A stretch of DNA of 64,000 nucleotides, taken from the NCBI GenBank assembly GCA_016208105.1, contig JACQYS010000019.1:76494-140493 (forward strand), given 5' to 3'. The position numbers and the translations under genes are program-made. How positions within the stretch are numbered: the first letter of the stretch is position 1; every line of letters begins with the position of its first letter. The notes below the pieces were generated by a model. That model saw only the letters and a program-made list of their open reading frames with translations, did no database searches and had not been told where the DNA came from. Shown in pieces: positions 37,510 to 46,194 of the stretch. The stretch is from Desulfovibrio sp. Lineage in GTDB: Bacteria; Desulfobacterota; Desulfovibrionia; Desulfovibrionales; Desulfovibrionaceae.

Positions 37510-38473
37510 CGGCCACCTCCTTGTAAAGTTCCCATATCAGCCCGGCTTCGGGGTGTTCCGGGTTCAGATTGGCCGAAAGAAAATCCTTGAGCCCGAGGGC
37601 CTCTTGCGTGCGCCGCCAGGCAAGCCGTTCCAATCCCTTCAAAAAAAGGGACTTCTTTTCGCCTGCAACGGTTTCAGGCGGAAAGGGCTGGTCCGGGAAG
37701 ACCATTTCAAATGCCAACGCGGGAACAGGCCAACACTCCAGTTCCAGCGCGCCTGGACGCCATACTGACGCGGCCGGGACACGCTCCTTGCTGCGCTTGG
37801 AAAAAGTGAGTCTGGTGATGTTTCCGGGATTGCACCAGCGCGTAGCGCCCGTGACCACCATGGGCTGCGGACGATGGATGTGGCCGTTGATTACCCAATC
37901 CAGACCTGGGATTTCCCGCGGGGAAACCACACGATCCTGAAAATCCGGAAATGTTATGGAGTGGTGGGTGAACCACACGGTGGCCACTGCGCCGTCGCGA
38001 TCCACCTGGCGAGGAAGAGGGGTCCCGTCCGGTGAACCGCCCACCAGAACGGCTCCGGCCGGAGTGTCCAGCCAGAAGGAAGGGCACGGTTCCGCCATGA
38101 GGCGGATCGCACCGGCGGCGTCCAGCACGGCCATGGACACGTCCCGGGTGAACCGGGCCAGGTACTTGTCGTGGTTGCCCACCAACACGGAAGGCCTATG
38201 CGGCCTGAGCAGCTCGATGAGCTCGACCACCAGACCGTTGGGATTCTCCCTGGGCCAGTGGAATAGATCGCCCGCGATGACGGGATGGCACTCAAGTTCA
38301 CGCGCTCTATTCAAGCACGCAGAGAGTTTGCCAAGTATCTGTTCACGATAGCCTTCCAGGCGCTGTCCCGGAGGCGTGGCCGCCACATGCGGGTCCGCAA
38401 TGACGAAAAGGCCCTTGCCAGCGAGCCTAGGGAGTTCCACGGTTCCCAGCCTTTTTGAGGAATCGTTCGGCAT
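37490..38473 (-). CDS. Mre11/SbcD-like calcineurin-fold metallophosphoesterase (nuclease candidate)
   Basis: The motifs appear in canonical order: IADPH (I), IAGDLFH (II, identical to the Mre11-type GDLFH), VGNHD (III), FTHH (IV), INGHIH (V). The start is ATG 38473 or GTG 38440, and both overlap the upstream ATPase ORF. Confidence 0.8.
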   Translation of the reverse strand: MPNDSSKRLGTVELPRLAGKGLFVIADPHVAATPPGQRLEGYREQILGKLSACLNRARELECHPVIAGDLFHWPRENPNGLVVELIELLRPHRPSVLVGNHDKYLARFTRDVSMAVLDAAGAIRLMAEPCPSFWLDTPAGAVLVGGSPDGTPLPRQVDRDGAVATVWFTHHSITFPDFQDRVVSPREIPGLDWVINGHIHRPQPMVVTGATRWCNPGNITRLTFSKRSKERVPAASVWRPGALELECWPVPALAFEMVFPDQPFPPETVAGEKKSLFLKGLERLAWRRTQEALGLKDFLSANLNPEHPEAGLIWELYKEVAGGKNHI

Positions 38474-39659
38474 CGAGCCCGGCCCCGCATAGTGGGCATT
38501 CCTCAGCCTCTTTTAGTCGGATGGAAATGGTCTCGGCCAGAAGCGCGAGGTCCTGCTCCCGCTTATTGAGCCACTCTTTCCCGTTGGCCACACGCGCGCG
38601 GACAGACTCAAGGGATCCAAGCAGCTCCGCCAACGGAGCAGGATCGGCAGTTATAGGAGCCGGGCTTAATGAGGCGAATGCCTCAAGCCTAGCCTTGGCC
38701 TTGGCTGTGCGTGAGCGCAACTCCCCTGTCAGCACAACTGTTGCGGCAAGATCAATCGTTGAAACGACATCAGGAGGCGGGGCAAGAGGGGCCAGAAGTT
38801 CCAGCCCGGCCTGTACGGCATCACGCTTTCGCCCAAGAACGTCCATGGAACGAAGGGTCTCGGCCAGTTCCGCAGCAGGCGCGGGGACAGGCGGTGGCGT
38901 CAGCTTACGCAATCGGCCTGTGCGCGCCTCAAGCGAAGCGGTTTTGGACACAACCGTTTGCATCCGCTCCATGGTGTTTTCGAGTGCAGGGACTCTCGCA
39001 ATGGTCTCACGAATTGCCCGTCCATCTGTCCTCAACCTATCCAAAGAGAGCGATACATCCGGTAGCCCCACCAGTCGGTCAAGGCCAGCCCGTACACGGG
39101 CCGTCTCGTCTTCGAGCTTGCGCGCATCAATCTTGGCCCGGCGTGACCGTTCCCGCAAAAGGTCCTGCATGGCCATAAGGTGGGCGCTCTCCGTGGACGA
39201 GGCCAAGAAGTCCGCCAACAGGGAACCGGGTTTGTCCAAAAGAAAAATCGGGTGACGCTGGTCGCCCAGGTGCACGTCCACCTCGTCGCCTTTGTCGGCC
39301 CCAACAGGACCAAGCTTTAAAAGGCTGGCGACCTCATCAGGAACGGTTCCTCGGCCAAGCTTGGCGTACACTGTGGGTTCTTTGGCTCCGGGGGGGTACA
39401 CCTCGTAGAGGGCGTAAGCCTTGCGGCGCACCCATACGACCCTCCATCCGTCGTCCAGCAGTGCCTCAACCCGGGCCTCGACGGCTCCATGGCGGATGTA
39501 ATGACGCGGAGTGGGATTATTGGCCAGGCAACGAAGGGCTTCCACCACAGCGGACTTTCCCGTGTTGTTGGGCCCGCACAGCACATTGAGGCCCGGCGCC
39601 AGTTCCAGCGTGGTTGCGGCATGGGCCATGAAATCGGTCAGGGTCAGGCGGCGGATCAC
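38427..39659 (-). CDS. N-terminal ABC-ATPase lobe plus ascending coiled coil plus CxxC zinc-hook of a split Rad50/SbcC-like protein
   Basis: GTG start. MIRRLTLTDFMAHAATTLELAPGLNVLCGPNNTGKS (SMC/RecF-type N-terminus and Walker A), a Q-loop-like HLGDQRHPIFLL, about 200 aa of Ala/Leu/Arg/Glu-rich helical region, then EAEECPLCGAGLD 20 residues before the stop. Confidence 0.8.
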   Translation of the reverse strand: MIRRLTLTDFMAHAATTLELAPGLNVLCGPNNTGKSAVVEALRCLANNPTPRHYIRHGAVEARVEALLDDGWRVVWVRRKAYALYEVYPPGAKEPTVYAKLGRGTVPDEVASLLKLGPVGADKGDEVDVHLGDQRHPIFLLDKPGSLLADFLASSTESAHLMAMQDLLRERSRRAKIDARKLEDETARVRAGLDRLVGLPDVSLSLDRLRTDGRAIRETIARVPALENTMERMQTVVSKTASLEARTGRLRKLTPPPVPAPAAELAETLRSMDVLGRKRDAVQAGLELLAPLAPPPDVVSTIDLAATVVLTGELRSRTAKAKARLEAFASLSPAPITADPAPLAELLGSLESVRARVANGKEWLNKREQDLALLAETISIRLKEAEECPLCGAGLDAERFLKKAGNRGTP

Positions 39660-39664
39660 GGGTG

Positions 39665-40834
39665 CTATGGAGCTCCCAGCCCAGAGGAGTCAGCCCGTCC
39701 CGGAAGGAGTGGCAGGCGCAGAGTAAAGACCGTTCCCTCGGGCTGGCGTGTTGTGAAGCTCACTTCGCCTTCGAGGTAGCGCTCGCTTAAAAGCTTCATC
39801 CCGTAAGTGCCCAGGCCCCGGCCGGAGCCTTTGGTGGAGAAGTTCCGCTTGAAGATCCGCAAGCGTACGTCATCCTCCATCACGGCAGAATTTCGTACCT
39901 GAAAGACCACCTCGGTTCCATCCGGGCTGCACGACAACTGCACCCCTTCGCCGGAGTTCGAGGCCTCCAGGGCATTTTTGACCATGTTTACGAGAACCCG
40001 CTTGACCAGAGCGTAGTCGCTTACGAACTCAACATCCCGGCTGTGCGGCAGGACACTTACGCTCTTGCTCTCGGACTGTGCCAGACTGGCACCCATTCTG
40101 GCCACCACGCCGAGAACTTCGAGGCTTTGCAGTGGGACGAACACCGGGGTGAGCTCATTGTTTTCGGCGGCAAGCAGGTCCCTCTGCCCCTGCAACTCGT
40201 CCACCAGGTGAGCCAAGGTGGAGTTTATGAATTCCGCGTCCGGTTTGAGCTTGTCGGGCACCTCCAGGCACAAAATGCCAGAGAGCCCGCGCAGCCCCCC
40301 CACCGTATTGAGAATATCGTGGAAGAAAAGACGCTCCAAGGTCCGGCGGCGTTTCATGTCGCTCTGATCCTGAATGCAAAAAAGCGTGTACTGGTGCCCC
40401 TCCACCTCGATTGGGGAAGAGCTTACCTGCAGGTCCAACGCTTCGATCCCCTTCATTCCCCGGCGCAGCAGGTTGCACTCTTGGACGTTTTTAACTCCCT
40501 CCAGTCCCATGATGATGGAACGGATGGCGCCGCATTTGGAACAGAACTCGGTGGAACCGCATCCCCCCGGCTCCTGGCCGGCGTGGACGCAGCCGAAGGC
40601 TTCACCGGGACGTTTGCCGAGAATATGATCCATGTCCCGCCGGGTGGCCGCCAAGGCTTGCGCATTGGCCAGAACAATCTGCCGGCGACGGTTCAAAACC
40701 ACAAGCACCACCGGTATGGCATCCAAGGCTTGGGAAATAAAATGGCGGCAGAGAAGAGAATGTTGCATCTGAATCTGCTCAAAAGTATCCCTTTCGAGCG
40801 GAGCCAGGCATGCTGAAACAGCTTGAACTTCCAT
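39665..40834 (-). CDS. cytoplasmic PAS-like sensor histidine kinase with Cys cluster
   Basis: The sensor region has FGCVHAGQEPGGCGSTEFCSKCGAI (4 Cys). It also has an H-box LFFHDILN, an N-box VLVNMVKNALEA and G-box TKGSGRGLGTYG. There is no TM segment and no adjacent response regulator. Confidence 0.85.
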   Translation of the reverse strand: MEVQAVSACLAPLERDTFEQIQMQHSLLCRHFISQALDAIPVVLVVLNRRRQIVLANAQALAATRRDMDHILGKRPGEAFGCVHAGQEPGGCGSTEFCSKCGAIRSIIMGLEGVKNVQECNLLRRGMKGIEALDLQVSSSPIEVEGHQYTLFCIQDQSDMKRRRTLERLFFHDILNTVGGLRGLSGILCLEVPDKLKPDAEFINSTLAHLVDELQGQRDLLAAENNELTPVFVPLQSLEVLGVVARMGASLAQSESKSVSVLPHSRDVEFVSDYALVKRVLVNMVKNALEASNSGEGVQLSCSPDGTEVVFQVRNSAVMEDDVRLRIFKRNFSTKGSGRGLGTYGMKLLSERYLEGEVSFTTRQPEGTVFTLRLPLLPGRADSSGLGAP

Positions 40835-40914
40835 GATGAACTTAAAAGATACCCTTTTTTCCGTCCTTCTTCAACTATCCGTCAGTTGCGTAAGGATTGG
40901 ATGCGGGGTAACTT

Positions 40915-41964
40915 ATGGACATGTTCAGTACTCCAGGCAAGGCGCTCTCTCTTTTGTGTGTCGCCGCGGCTCTCTTCTCAGCCGGGCTGCAAGAACTCTT
41001 CAGCTTGGCCACCGATGGTTCCATGCCCCTGGTCTCACTGGTTGTCGCCTCAGTACTCGCAGGCGTGCTTGGCTGGCTCCTGGCACCTCTGCTGCCTGCT
41101 CGTGAGGAGCACAGGAGCGAGCAAAAGTCCGCGGACGCCCCATCCTTGCCCCGGCAGGAGCCCCCCAGGACACATGGCGATGACTTCGTGGCCATGACCG
41201 ATACCTTGTCGGACACGGCCCGCCGGTCAGCTGACACCGCTTACGAGATGGGGGCATTTCTCATGGCTGCCACGGCCAAGGCGGAGAGCACCATACGGGG
41301 CACGCGCGATGCAGCCGACCCCGTGGATCATGCTCGCGCGATACTTCTTTCCTGCGGGGAATCCCTGCAGAGCCTGGCCAGTGCCATGGAAAGGATTCTT
41401 GCGGGCTCTGCCAGCGCATCGGCCAAGCTCGCCGTCATCTCCGGAACAGCCGAACAGGCCCAGACCCTGGTGGCGGGCATGTCGGCCATCGCGGAGCAGA
41501 CCAACCTGCTCTCGCTCAACGCCTCGATAGAAGCTGAAAAGGCCGGAGAGCACGGCCGCGGTTTCTCTGTGGTGGCCCGTGAGGTCCGCCGTCTGGCGGA
41601 TACGGCCGCCATCGGTGCGGAGGACATCGAGCGTCTGGTGGCGCGCATGAGTCAAGCCGTGGCCGCGGAAGTCATGGAGATGGAGAGCTTCTCCAGGGAG
41701 ACAGGAAACGGGGAACGCAAACTCCTTGAAGCCAAAGCCTCCCTGGGAGAGGCCGGCAAGGCTCTCAACCTTATCTCCGCACGAATTGCTGAAGCCGATT
41801 CCCACGCCAAAGGCGTTCCCCCCGATTTGGAGAAAGCCCAGGTTCTGGCCTCGTCCATCAGCTCCACACTCGCGGAGCTTTCCTCCCTGGCAACACAGAT
41901 CAGCCAGGCAGCAAGCACAACGCACGCCCGCAATGAACCACAAACAAAGGACGGCGACTCATGA
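40915..41964 (+). CDS. short methyl-accepting chemotaxis protein (two N-terminal TM helices, no sensor or HAMP domain recognised)
   Basis: MCP signalling hairpin [37 protein letters not shown]. 349 aa. Confidence 0.85.
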   Translation: MDMFSTPGKALSLLCVAAALFSAGLQELFSLATDGSMPLVSLVVASVLAGVLGWLLAPLLPAREEHRSEQKSADAPSLPRQEPPRTHGDDFVAMTDTLSDTARRSADTAYEMGAFLMAATAKAESTIRGTRDAADPVDHARAILLSCGESLQSLASAMERILAGSASASAKLAVISGTAEQAQTLVAGMSAIAEQTNLLSLNASIEAEKAGEHGRGFSVVAREVRRLADTAAIGAEDIERLVARMSQAVAAEVMEMESFSRETGNGERKLLEAKASLGEAGKALNLISARIAEADSHAKGVPPDLEKAQVLASSISSTLAELSSLATQISQAASTTHARNEPQTKDGDS

Positions 41965-44054
41965 TCGCCTGGTGGCGCGACCTCAAGCTGATTTCCAAGC
42001 TCGCCTTCTGCGGCATGACCTTCCTTGTTCCCATAGGCCTGCTGTTGTTTCTGCTGCTGGGGCAGATGTCCAAGGACATCAAGCTCACCATGATTGAGAT
42101 CAAGGGCATTGCGGCCGTTGATCCGCTGGAGGACGTGACCGAATCCGTGGCTGAACATCTTCGCCTGGTTCTGGCGCGAATGTCCGGTCAGAATGTCGAC
42201 CAGCAGCTTTCCCAACTCGAGGCATCCACCAGGGAGCGCTGGACCCTCCTGTTCAACCGGCTCATAGGCGATGCGGTGGTTTTGGGCCTTACCCCGGACA
42301 AATTGGACCGCCAGGGCCTCGCCTATTTGGAACCCCATGTTTTCCTCAAAACCCTCCAGGACATGTCTGAGCAAAAGCCGACCACGCCGGAAGCGGCCGT
42401 TGCCCTGCATTTGAAATTTCAGAATCTGCTCGGCGAGCTGCGCGACTATATTGCGGATTCCGCCCAACTTGTTCTCGACCCCGAACTGGCCACCTATTAC
42501 CTGATGTACCTTCTGGTTTTCGATATCCCCCGGGCCCAAGAACGGCTGGGCATGCTCTACACCTCGGGGTTCATGGCCCTTTCCAAACTGCCCGGGGGAG
42601 AAGTCGAACGGGTCAAGATGGAACAGATCGGGGCGGCCTGGGAACAGTCCGTGGTGGACCGCATCCTCGACAAGCTCGGCAAAGCGCAGCGAGCCATCGG
42701 AGGCGACCGTCTGGCCATGCTCCCCAAGGCCGTACAGGCCTACGCGGAGGCTTCCCGGACCTTCCTCAGGATGGCCAAGGCCGTAAGTCACAAAGACTCA
42801 ACCGTCACCTTGGAGTCTTTTCTCAAAGCCGGACAGGAGGCGCGGGACACCGGGGCTTCCCTCTGGGACCAGAGTTATCCTCTCTTCGTCGACCTGCTCA
42901 AGGAGAGGGGCTCCGCACTCAAAACACGAATGGCCTGTATTCTTGCAATAAGCTTGGCTTCGGTCATCGGCTCCGCATTCCTGGCCTGGACCATCGCCAC
43001 CTCCATAACCAGGCCCTTGAGCCGGGTTGCCCGCATAGCCACCACCATTGCCGAAGGCAAGGTGGGAGAAGCCTCGAAACTTCTGGAACAGGCCTGCCCA
43101 TCGGGCAGTTGCACCCGTGAGAGGCTTCAGGCCCACAGCCGCTCGCGCTCCGAGACCAACCAGCTCTTCTCCGCCGTGGCCGTCATGATCCATGGCCTGG
43201 AGGAATTGCTCACGGCGGTACACTCCACCGGCACGCAGTTGCAGTCCTCGGCTGGACGCATCGCGTCCACGGCCCGCCAGATCGAAGCCTCCGCCACCCA
43301 GCAGGCCGCTTCCACCGTGGAAGTCGGTGCCACCAGCAAGGAAATCTCGGCCACGGCGGGCGGACTGGCCGACACCATGGCCGAAGTGCTCGGCGTGGCC
43401 AACAGATCTTCAACCCTGGCTGTGGAAGGGCGCGAAAGTTTGGCCAGAATGGGCCAGGCCATGGACGACCTCTCTGATTCCAGCCGCGAGATGACCGCCA
43501 AGCTGACGCTCATCCGCGAAAAGGCCTCCGGAATCGGCCAGCTTCTCTCCACCATCACCAAGGTGGCCGCACAGACCAACCTGCTCTCCTTAAATGCCGC
43601 CATAGAGGCCGAAAAGGCAGGGGAATTCGGTCCCGGCTTCGCCGTTGTCGCTCGCGAAATCCGCCGTCTGGCCGACCAGACAGCATCCGCGGCCCTGGAT
43701 ATCGAACGCACCATCCGCGATATGCAAACCTCGGTTCAGGCAGGGACCTCGGCCATGGAAGGCTTCAAATCCCTGGCCGACCAGACCTCCGACACGTCGC
43801 GGACCGTCAACGCCAAACTCGGGCGCATCATCGAAGCGGGCGAAGAGCTTACCCCCCGGTTCTCAACCGTCAGCGAAGGCATGAGACTTCAGGCGGAAGG
43901 GGCGGACCAGATCAGCGTGGTCATCTCCCAGCTGGCTGACAGCGCCGGCCAAACGCGAGACTCCCTGGCGGAATTCAGGCATGCGGCCGAGGAATTGACC
44001 CAGACAGCCGCGGGGCTCAAGGAAATTCTCGTCCGTTTCGATCTGGGGGCATAA
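41961..44054 (+). CDS. methyl-accepting chemotaxis protein with large periplasmic domain and HAMP (WspA-like)
   Basis: TM1, a ~290-aa periplasmic region, TM2, HAMP, then [40 protein letters not shown]. There is an ATGA overlap with the upstream MCP. Confidence 0.9.
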   Translation: MIAWWRDLKLISKLAFCGMTFLVPIGLLLFLLLGQMSKDIKLTMIEIKGIAAVDPLEDVTESVAEHLRLVLARMSGQNVDQQLSQLEASTRERWTLLFNRLIGDAVVLGLTPDKLDRQGLAYLEPHVFLKTLQDMSEQKPTTPEAAVALHLKFQNLLGELRDYIADSAQLVLDPELATYYLMYLLVFDIPRAQERLGMLYTSGFMALSKLPGGEVERVKMEQIGAAWEQSVVDRILDKLGKAQRAIGGDRLAMLPKAVQAYAEASRTFLRMAKAVSHKDSTVTLESFLKAGQEARDTGASLWDQSYPLFVDLLKERGSALKTRMACILAISLASVIGSAFLAWTIATSITRPLSRVARIATTIAEGKVGEASKLLEQACPSGSCTRERLQAHSRSRSETNQLFSAVAVMIHGLEELLTAVHSTGTQLQSSAGRIASTARQIEASATQQAASTVEVGATSKEISATAGGLADTMAEVLGVANRSSTLAVEGRESLARMGQAMDDLSDSSREMTAKLTLIREKASGIGQLLSTITKVAAQTNLLSLNAAIEAEKAGEFGPGFAVVAREIRRLADQTASAALDIERTIRDMQTSVQAGTSAMEGFKSLADQTSDTSRTVNAKLGRIIEAGEELTPRFSTVSEGMRLQAEGADQISVVISQLADSAGQTRDSLAEFRHAAEELTQTAAGLKEILVRFDLGA

Positions 44055-44498
44055 GTGCTCTTCGTGACATTCAAGGCCTCAGGGACCCGCTTCGCCCTGC
44101 CCGCGCGTTCCGTGGACGAAATTACTCCCCTTGTGGCCTTGAACCTGTTGCCCGGTGCGCCCGACTACCTGGCTGGGCTCATGAATCACAGGGGAAAAAG
44201 CCTCCCAGTGGCGGACATGTCCCTTCTTTTTACCGGAAAAGCTTCCAGACCGTGGACCTCCACCCGCATCATGATTGTTCAGGCCGCACCGGGCCTCATG
44301 CTGGGGCTGATGGCCGAACGGGTCCTCAAGGCCATGGAGCTTGATCCCGACTCCATCACCCCGCCAGGAGCCCCCTCAGCGCCGTATGTCCTCGGGGTGG
44401 CCACCGCCGGTGATGAGTTGGTGCAAGTAATCGAAATCGAAAAAATTATTCCTTCTGACCTGATTGAGAGCTTGAAAGCAGCGCTGGAGGCCGCATGA
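44055..44498 (+). CDS. cheW: CheW-like coupling protein (WspB-like)
   Basis: 147 aa with a GTG start immediately after the upstream stop. FALPARSVDEITPLV...GLMNHRGKSLPVADM is the CheW fold pattern. Confidence 0.85.
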   Translation: MLFVTFKASGTRFALPARSVDEITPLVALNLLPGAPDYLAGLMNHRGKSLPVADMSLLFTGKASRPWTSTRIMIVQAAPGLMLGLMAERVLKAMELDPDSITPPGAPSAPYVLGVATAGDELVQVIEIEKIIPSDLIESLKAALEAA

Positions 44499-45640
44499 AC
44501 GCCCTCGAGCGCGCCGCCGGCCTGGCCGGGCTCGACCTCAAGGCTGTGGGAGCGGACAACCTTGGCCGCGCCATGGACCGGGCTTTAGGCAGGCTCTCTC
44601 TGGAGGCGCCGGAGCCCTACCTGGATATTCTGGCCGCCTCCCCGAAGGAGCGCCGTCTTTTGGCCGGAGACGCCATCGTCCAGGAGAGCTGGCTCTTCCG
44701 CGACCCTGAAGCCTTTGCCGGGTTGACCCGCATAGCCTTGTCGCTCAAGCTCCCGTTGCGGGTTTTGTGTGTTCCCTGCGCGGCAGGGGAAGAACCCGCG
44801 TCCATCGCGCTCAGTCTTGTTACCGCAGGACTCGCCCCTGAACAGTTTGTTATCGACGCGGTGGACGCAAACCCCACCGCCCTGGCAAGGGCGCGCGCCG
44901 GACGATTCGGACCGGCCAGTGTCCGTAACGGTCATTCTCCATTCGGTCCCTACTTGAAATCCCACGGGCAGGACGCCGTTTTGGCGCCGGAGATTCTTTC
45001 CCGCATCCGCTTTCTCGAGGCCGACGTGCTGGATGACACCTTCCTGGCTGACGAGCCTCCCTATCCTGTGATCTTCTGCCGCCATCTGCTCATTTATCTG
45101 GCGTCCGCAGCCCGGGTCCGTCTGGCCAGAACCCTGACCAGACTCCTCGAACCGAGCGGGGCGTTTTTCACCACTCCCGCCGAGGCCTGCCCATTCATGG
45201 ACCTGGGGCTGGTTCCCTATCCCCGAACCGTGTCCTGTTCCGCCGCGCCGCCGCCACCTTCAGCCCGTGATATCGTTCCGGCCGCAAGACCCCGGACGCC
45301 ATCCCCTTCCCCGAGCGTGTTTGAAGCAGCTCCCGGTTCGCTGCAGAAAGCCAGGGAGCTGGCCGACGCAGGCTGCCGGGAGGAAGCATTGGCCGTGATC
45401 GACAGCGCTCTTTCCCAGACAGGGCCCGATGCCGCGCTCTACCACCTCAAAGGCGCGGTGCTTCTGTCGTTGGGCAACGACGAGGAAGCCGAAGGGGCGT
45501 TGCGCCGGGCCATCTATCTCGATCCCGGCCATCATGAATCGCTCACTCATCTCGAGCTGTTGAGCCATGCCAAGGGTCACACCCGCGAGGCCGCGCTTCT
45601 GGCGGACAGGGCCAAGCGCGCCAAGGAGCCTTTATTATGA
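44495..45640 (+). CDS. cheR: CheR-type MCP methyltransferase with C-terminal TPR region (WspC-like)
   Basis: SAM-MTase core (VLCVPCAAGEEPASIAL...IFCRHLLIYL) plus C-terminal TPR-like repeats (ALYHLKGAVLLSLGNDEEAEGALRRAIYLDPGHHESL). Confidence 0.88.
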   Translation: MNALERAAGLAGLDLKAVGADNLGRAMDRALGRLSLEAPEPYLDILAASPKERRLLAGDAIVQESWLFRDPEAFAGLTRIALSLKLPLRVLCVPCAAGEEPASIALSLVTAGLAPEQFVIDAVDANPTALARARAGRFGPASVRNGHSPFGPYLKSHGQDAVLAPEILSRIRFLEADVLDDTFLADEPPYPVIFCRHLLIYLASAARVRLARTLTRLLEPSGAFFTTPAEACPFMDLGLVPYPRTVSCSAAPPPPSARDIVPAARPRTPSPSPSVFEAAPGSLQKARELADAGCREEALAVIDSALSQTGPDAALYHLKGAVLLSLGNDEEAEGALRRAIYLDPGHHESLTHLELLSHAKGHTREAALLADRAKRAKEPLL

Positions 45641-46194
45641 GTGGCGAAGACACTTTGGCTGCCCGCCTTGTCTTCGACCGCGAAGTCGAGCCGGAAACCC
45701 TCTTGGAGTGGACTGAACAAACCGCCACCCCGAAACCGGCCCGCGAGGTTCGCCTGGCAGGAGCGCTGCTGGTAAGGACCGGCAAGGAATGGCTCGGATT
45801 GCCAGCACCCATCGTCGAGTCAGCCATGCCTTTGGGTCCCGTCCATTCCGTTCCGTATCTCTCTTCCCGTGCTTTTCTGGGTCTTATCAACGTTGACGGC
45901 GAACTCCTGCCTTGCGTCTCTCTCGCCGTGCTTGCCGGCGCCGAGCCTGACCCCGCCCCTGCCCGGCCCCGCATCATCACGGTGACCGTGGCCGAAGGGC
46001 GTTTTTCCCTTTTGACGGATGAAGCTGAAGGCACCTGCGGCTATGACCCTGATACCGCGACCCTTCCTCCGGACACGGTGTCCAACTCCCCGTATCGCCT
46101 CGTAAAACATATGGCCGTTCTGGAGGGACGGACCGCCGGCATCATGGACGAAACTCTTCTTGGCCGGGCGCTTTTGAGGAGTCTTAGACCGTGA
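45637..46194 (+). CDS. cheW: second CheW-like coupling protein (WspD-like)
   Basis: 185 aa with the CheW-domain pattern (GKEWLGLPAPIVESAMPL...FLGLINVDGELLPCVSLA). It has 4-nt overlaps on both sides. Confidence 0.8.
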   Translation: MSGEDTLAARLVFDREVEPETLLEWTEQTATPKPAREVRLAGALLVRTGKEWLGLPAPIVESAMPLGPVHSVPYLSSRAFLGLINVDGELLPCVSLAVLAGAEPDPAPARPRIITVTVAEGRFSLLTDEAEGTCGYDPDTATLPPDTVSNSPYRLVKHMAVLEGRTAGIMDETLLGRALLRSLRP

